Assembly (NCBI RefSeq): GCF_001194135.2
Contig: NC_068988.1
Span: 84,071,360-84,135,359 of the forward strand
Length of the DNA stretch: 64,000 bases
DNA from: Octopus bimaculoides
Lineage: Eukaryota
Direction: 5' to 3'
Shown piece by piece: positions 61,163-64,000 of this stretch (positions within the stretch are counted from its first letter, which is position 1; each line of letters begins with the position of its first letter). The position numbers and the translations under genes are program-made. Under the pieces are notes generated by a model. It had not been told where the DNA came from, ran no database searches, and saw only the letters and a list, made by a program, of their open reading frames with translations.

Positions 61163-61430
61163 CATACATACACACACACGCACACACACATACATACATA
61201 TATATATATATATGGTGTGTGTCTGTGTCTGTGTGCATGTTTGTGTTTAATTCTCACTGCTTGACAATCAACATTAGTTTATTTATATCCATATAACATA
61301 GAGGTTTGGTAAAAAGAGACCAATAGAATGAGTACCAGACTTAAATAAGGACTGAAGTTAATTCAATCGACTTTTCAAAGCAGTGCTTTCACATGGCCAC
61401 ACTCCAATGACTGAAACGAGTAAAAGTGCA
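60560..61430 (+). mobile_element. SINE family B spanning a gap, 3' half duplicated
   Basis: 60817-61022 is identical to 61213-61418. Confidence 0.7.
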
Positions 61431-61739
61431 AAATAACATTGTATTTGTAATAGTTAAAAAAAGAATAAATTAAAGTGAATTTGAATTTAATTAAAATAAA
61501 ATAAAATTTAACTAGAATTAAATTACAAAATCAAATCAAAATTTTTGTCTTTTATACATATCTCTCTGACCATTTTGCTATCATCATTCCACTACCATTT
61601 TCTGTCTTCTTTGTTTCAAACACTTAGGTTTTATTGTATTTTTTTATAAGAGTTATCTTTGCCAATAATAATTATGCCTAACACAGACACAAAGTCACAA
61701 ATTTAGAGGAGGAGGGTATATAATTGATTATTCTTTTTG

Positions 61740-62180
61740 TTATTATATTTCTATTGAAAAACGCTGCCTTTTCTTTACATATAATTTTGAAAATGATTAT
61801 GGATTTATTAAAATAACTTTGTTGTTATTAAGCTGGTGTTTGGAACATAATTTGACATGAGATTTTGATGGAGGGTTTTAATTTATGGTTACTTTAGCCT
61901 TTAGCAATGAAACTGGACATATATGGCCTTAAAAGTTTACTGGTTTTATGTTCAAACAAGCCATATCCAGTATCTCATATCTACCCCGCAATGTCATTCT
62001 GAAAATAAACAATCACATCATTGAAATCTCGAAGTGACAAGATAGTAAATGATTAATTTTAAAAAATGTGAATAAATAAGCATTTCATTTCACACAGTAA
62101 TCTGAATACTGAAAGGTTAAAAGAAGTTTGTATCATAGAACCGAGGATAGTCTTGGGTAAGTTGGTATCAAAAGGGTTAA
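61740..62180. mobile_element. nested piggyBac-like (TTAA) MITEs
   Basis: Inner element ~61894-62120 ends GAAAGGTTAA; outer element ends ATCAAAAGGGTTAA at 62180. Confidence 0.55.
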
Positions 62181-62254
62181 AATAACCCCAGTAAATAACT
62201 GGTACTTATATAAGTCTATGTGCCCTTTCCTCTTTATGGCCCTTTTACAGTTCA

Positions 62255-63460
62255 CATGTGTACGAACAGCCATGCTTCATGGCAGTGAAACATGGACCGT
62301 AACTGCTGAGGACATGTGTAAGCTTGCAAGGAATGAAGCCAGTATGCTCCGCTGGATGTGTAATGTCAGTGTGCATACACGACAGAGTGTAAGCACGCTG
62401 AGAGGAAAGTTGGATTTAAGAAGCATCAGATGCGGTGTGCAAGAGAGACGATTGTGCTGGTTTGGTCATGTGTTGCAAATGAATGAGGACAGCTGTGTGA
62501 AAAAGTGTCACACCCTAGCAGTTGAGAGAACCTGTAGAAGAGGTAGACCCAGGAAGACCTGGGATGAGGTGGTGAAGCATGACCTTCGAACATTGGGCCT
62601 TACCAAGGCAATGACTAGTGACTGAGACCTTTGGAGATATGCTGTGCTTGAGAAGAACTGACAAGCCAATTGAGACTATATGCCTATGCCAGTGGGTGTA
62701 ACCAGCCCACTTATGGATACCCCTCATTCATTAGACAATAAACTTTGCTTGCGAAGACCTATTGAGGCAAGTGAAATCAAAATCAAAATCAAAGTCGCTG
62801 ACTTGGCCAATGACAGTACCACCTGATTGGCACTCATGCCAGTGGAACATTAATAGCACATCCGAGCATGGGGTGTAACCCACTTATGAGTACCCCTCAT
62901 TCAGTAGACAATAAACTTTGCTTGTGAAGACCTATTGAGGCAAGTGAAATCAAATCAAAATCGCTGACGTGGCCGATGACAGTACTGCCTGATTGGCACT
63001 TGTACCAGTGGAACGTTAAAAGCACATCCGAGCGTGATCGTTGCCAGGGCCATGGATTGATTCCCGTGTCAGTGGCACATAAAAAGCACCATTCGAGCAT
63101 GATGATTGCCGGCGTCGCCTTACTGGCACAAGTGCCGGTGGCATGTGAAAAGCAACATTTGAGCGTGGTCGTTGCCAGTGCCGCTGGACTGGCTCCTGTG
63201 CAGGTAGCATGTAAAAAAAACACGTTTCGAGCATGGTCATTGCCAGAACCACCTGAATGGCCCTCGTGCTGATAGCACATAAAAGCACCCACTACGCTCT
63301 CGGAGTGGTTGGTGTTAGGAAAGGCATCCAGCTATAGAAATTTTGCCAGATCAGATTGAGCCTGGGGTGCAGCCTTCTGGCTCACCAGTCCTCAGTCAAA
63401 CTGTCCAACCCATACCAGCATGGAAAGTGGACGTTAAACGATGACAATGATGATGATGAT
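62255..63460 (+). mobile_element. 5'-truncated RTE LINE with fully assembled 3' UTR array
   Basis: CVRTAMLHGSETW..WFGHVLQM..GRPRKTW, duplicated UTR block, five ~64-nt units, (GAT)n tail. Confidence 0.9.
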
Positions 63461-63691
63461 GATGATTACTATCTTATTTTTCTCTTATCCTATGTACTAC
63501 ACATGTACTTTTTGGTAATCAGAGCTATTTTTCTTTACTCAACTTATTGCTACTTTCTGTCCCATCTTTTACTTTTTTTCTGACAGGTTGTGCACCTGAG
63601 CACTGTATACAATAATCATCATAATTATTATTATTATTATTGAAAAATCAGAAATCAGAAATCAGAAACAATTATTATTATTATTATTATT

Positions 63692-64000
63692 GTTCAGTAG
63701 TTTTATTTTTATAGCGTGCTTTCACTTCACTACCGAGCGCAGCTCTGTGCGCCTTGGGTATGTGCTGTGGTTTGCTGTAGTGCTCTTATGTTTACTGTAT
63801 TGAAAGTGTTTTGCGTAGAATGTATGCAGTACCCAGTAGTGCAATTTTCTGTATGTTATATATATTTGTAAGTCCTGGTGTTTCTGAATATTTTTTTATT
63901 ATACCTAAGGCACCTACTATGATAGGAATTGTTTCTGTTTTTAGACTCCACATTCGAGTTATCTCTATTTCCAGGTCTTTGTATTTTGAAAGTTTTTCCA
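63692..64000 (-). mobile_element. R4/Dong-like LINE 3' end (ORF enters from the window edge)
   Basis: Open frame 63998 to 63792, EKLSKYKDLEIEITRMW..IPIIVGALG..QKIALLGTAYILRKTLSIQ*, then ~100-nt UTR and (AAT)n. Absent from the ORF track. Confidence 0.88.

Noticed and set aside
62960-63295. CRISPR-like array
   Set aside because: The whole unit is repeated with divergence, there are no unique spacers or cas genes, and it lies in a eukaryotic LINE UTR.
47076-64000. Any intact autonomous transposase or RT gene (checked across the whole window)
   Set aside because: All TE coding regions are truncated or carry stops and frameshifts; only the R4-like C-terminus at the right edge is open.

Overview
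AT-rich, microsatellite-dense animal genomic DNA from a gapped draft assembly. N runs lie at 3124-4082, 12387-12788, 30696-30705, 35145-35297, 36665-37050, 47066-47075, 54801-54900, 56690-57136 and 61023-61131. The repeat families look like octopus/coleoid cephalopod DNA (inference, not a database result). No intact host gene can be proven. Most of the window is mobile-element debris: RTE LINE 3' ends, at least three tRNA-derived SINE families (local labels B, C, D), CR1, an L1/Tx1-like 5' half, two R4/Dong-like and one HERO-like RLE LINEs, three Penelope-like remnants, Mos1-type and maT-type Tc1/mariner copies, and hAT- and piggyBac-like MITEs. Most ORF-track entries are microsatellite, gap or antisense-TE artefacts. 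The most interesting signals are: (i) five hammerhead-ribozyme-like motifs, two of them an inverted pair; (ii) a ~64-nt tandem array in the RTE 3' UTR whose unit can fold into a hairpin plus an H-type pseudoknot; (iii) several long fold-back palindromes (60 nt to 1.2 kb); (iv) a CpG-retaining island at ~28.2-32.2 kb with a candidate Met-Gly first exon; (v) weak candidate exons of a minus-strand gene. All translations and alignments were done by eye, and repeat boundaries are approximate (about +/-20 nt) unless TIRs are quoted.
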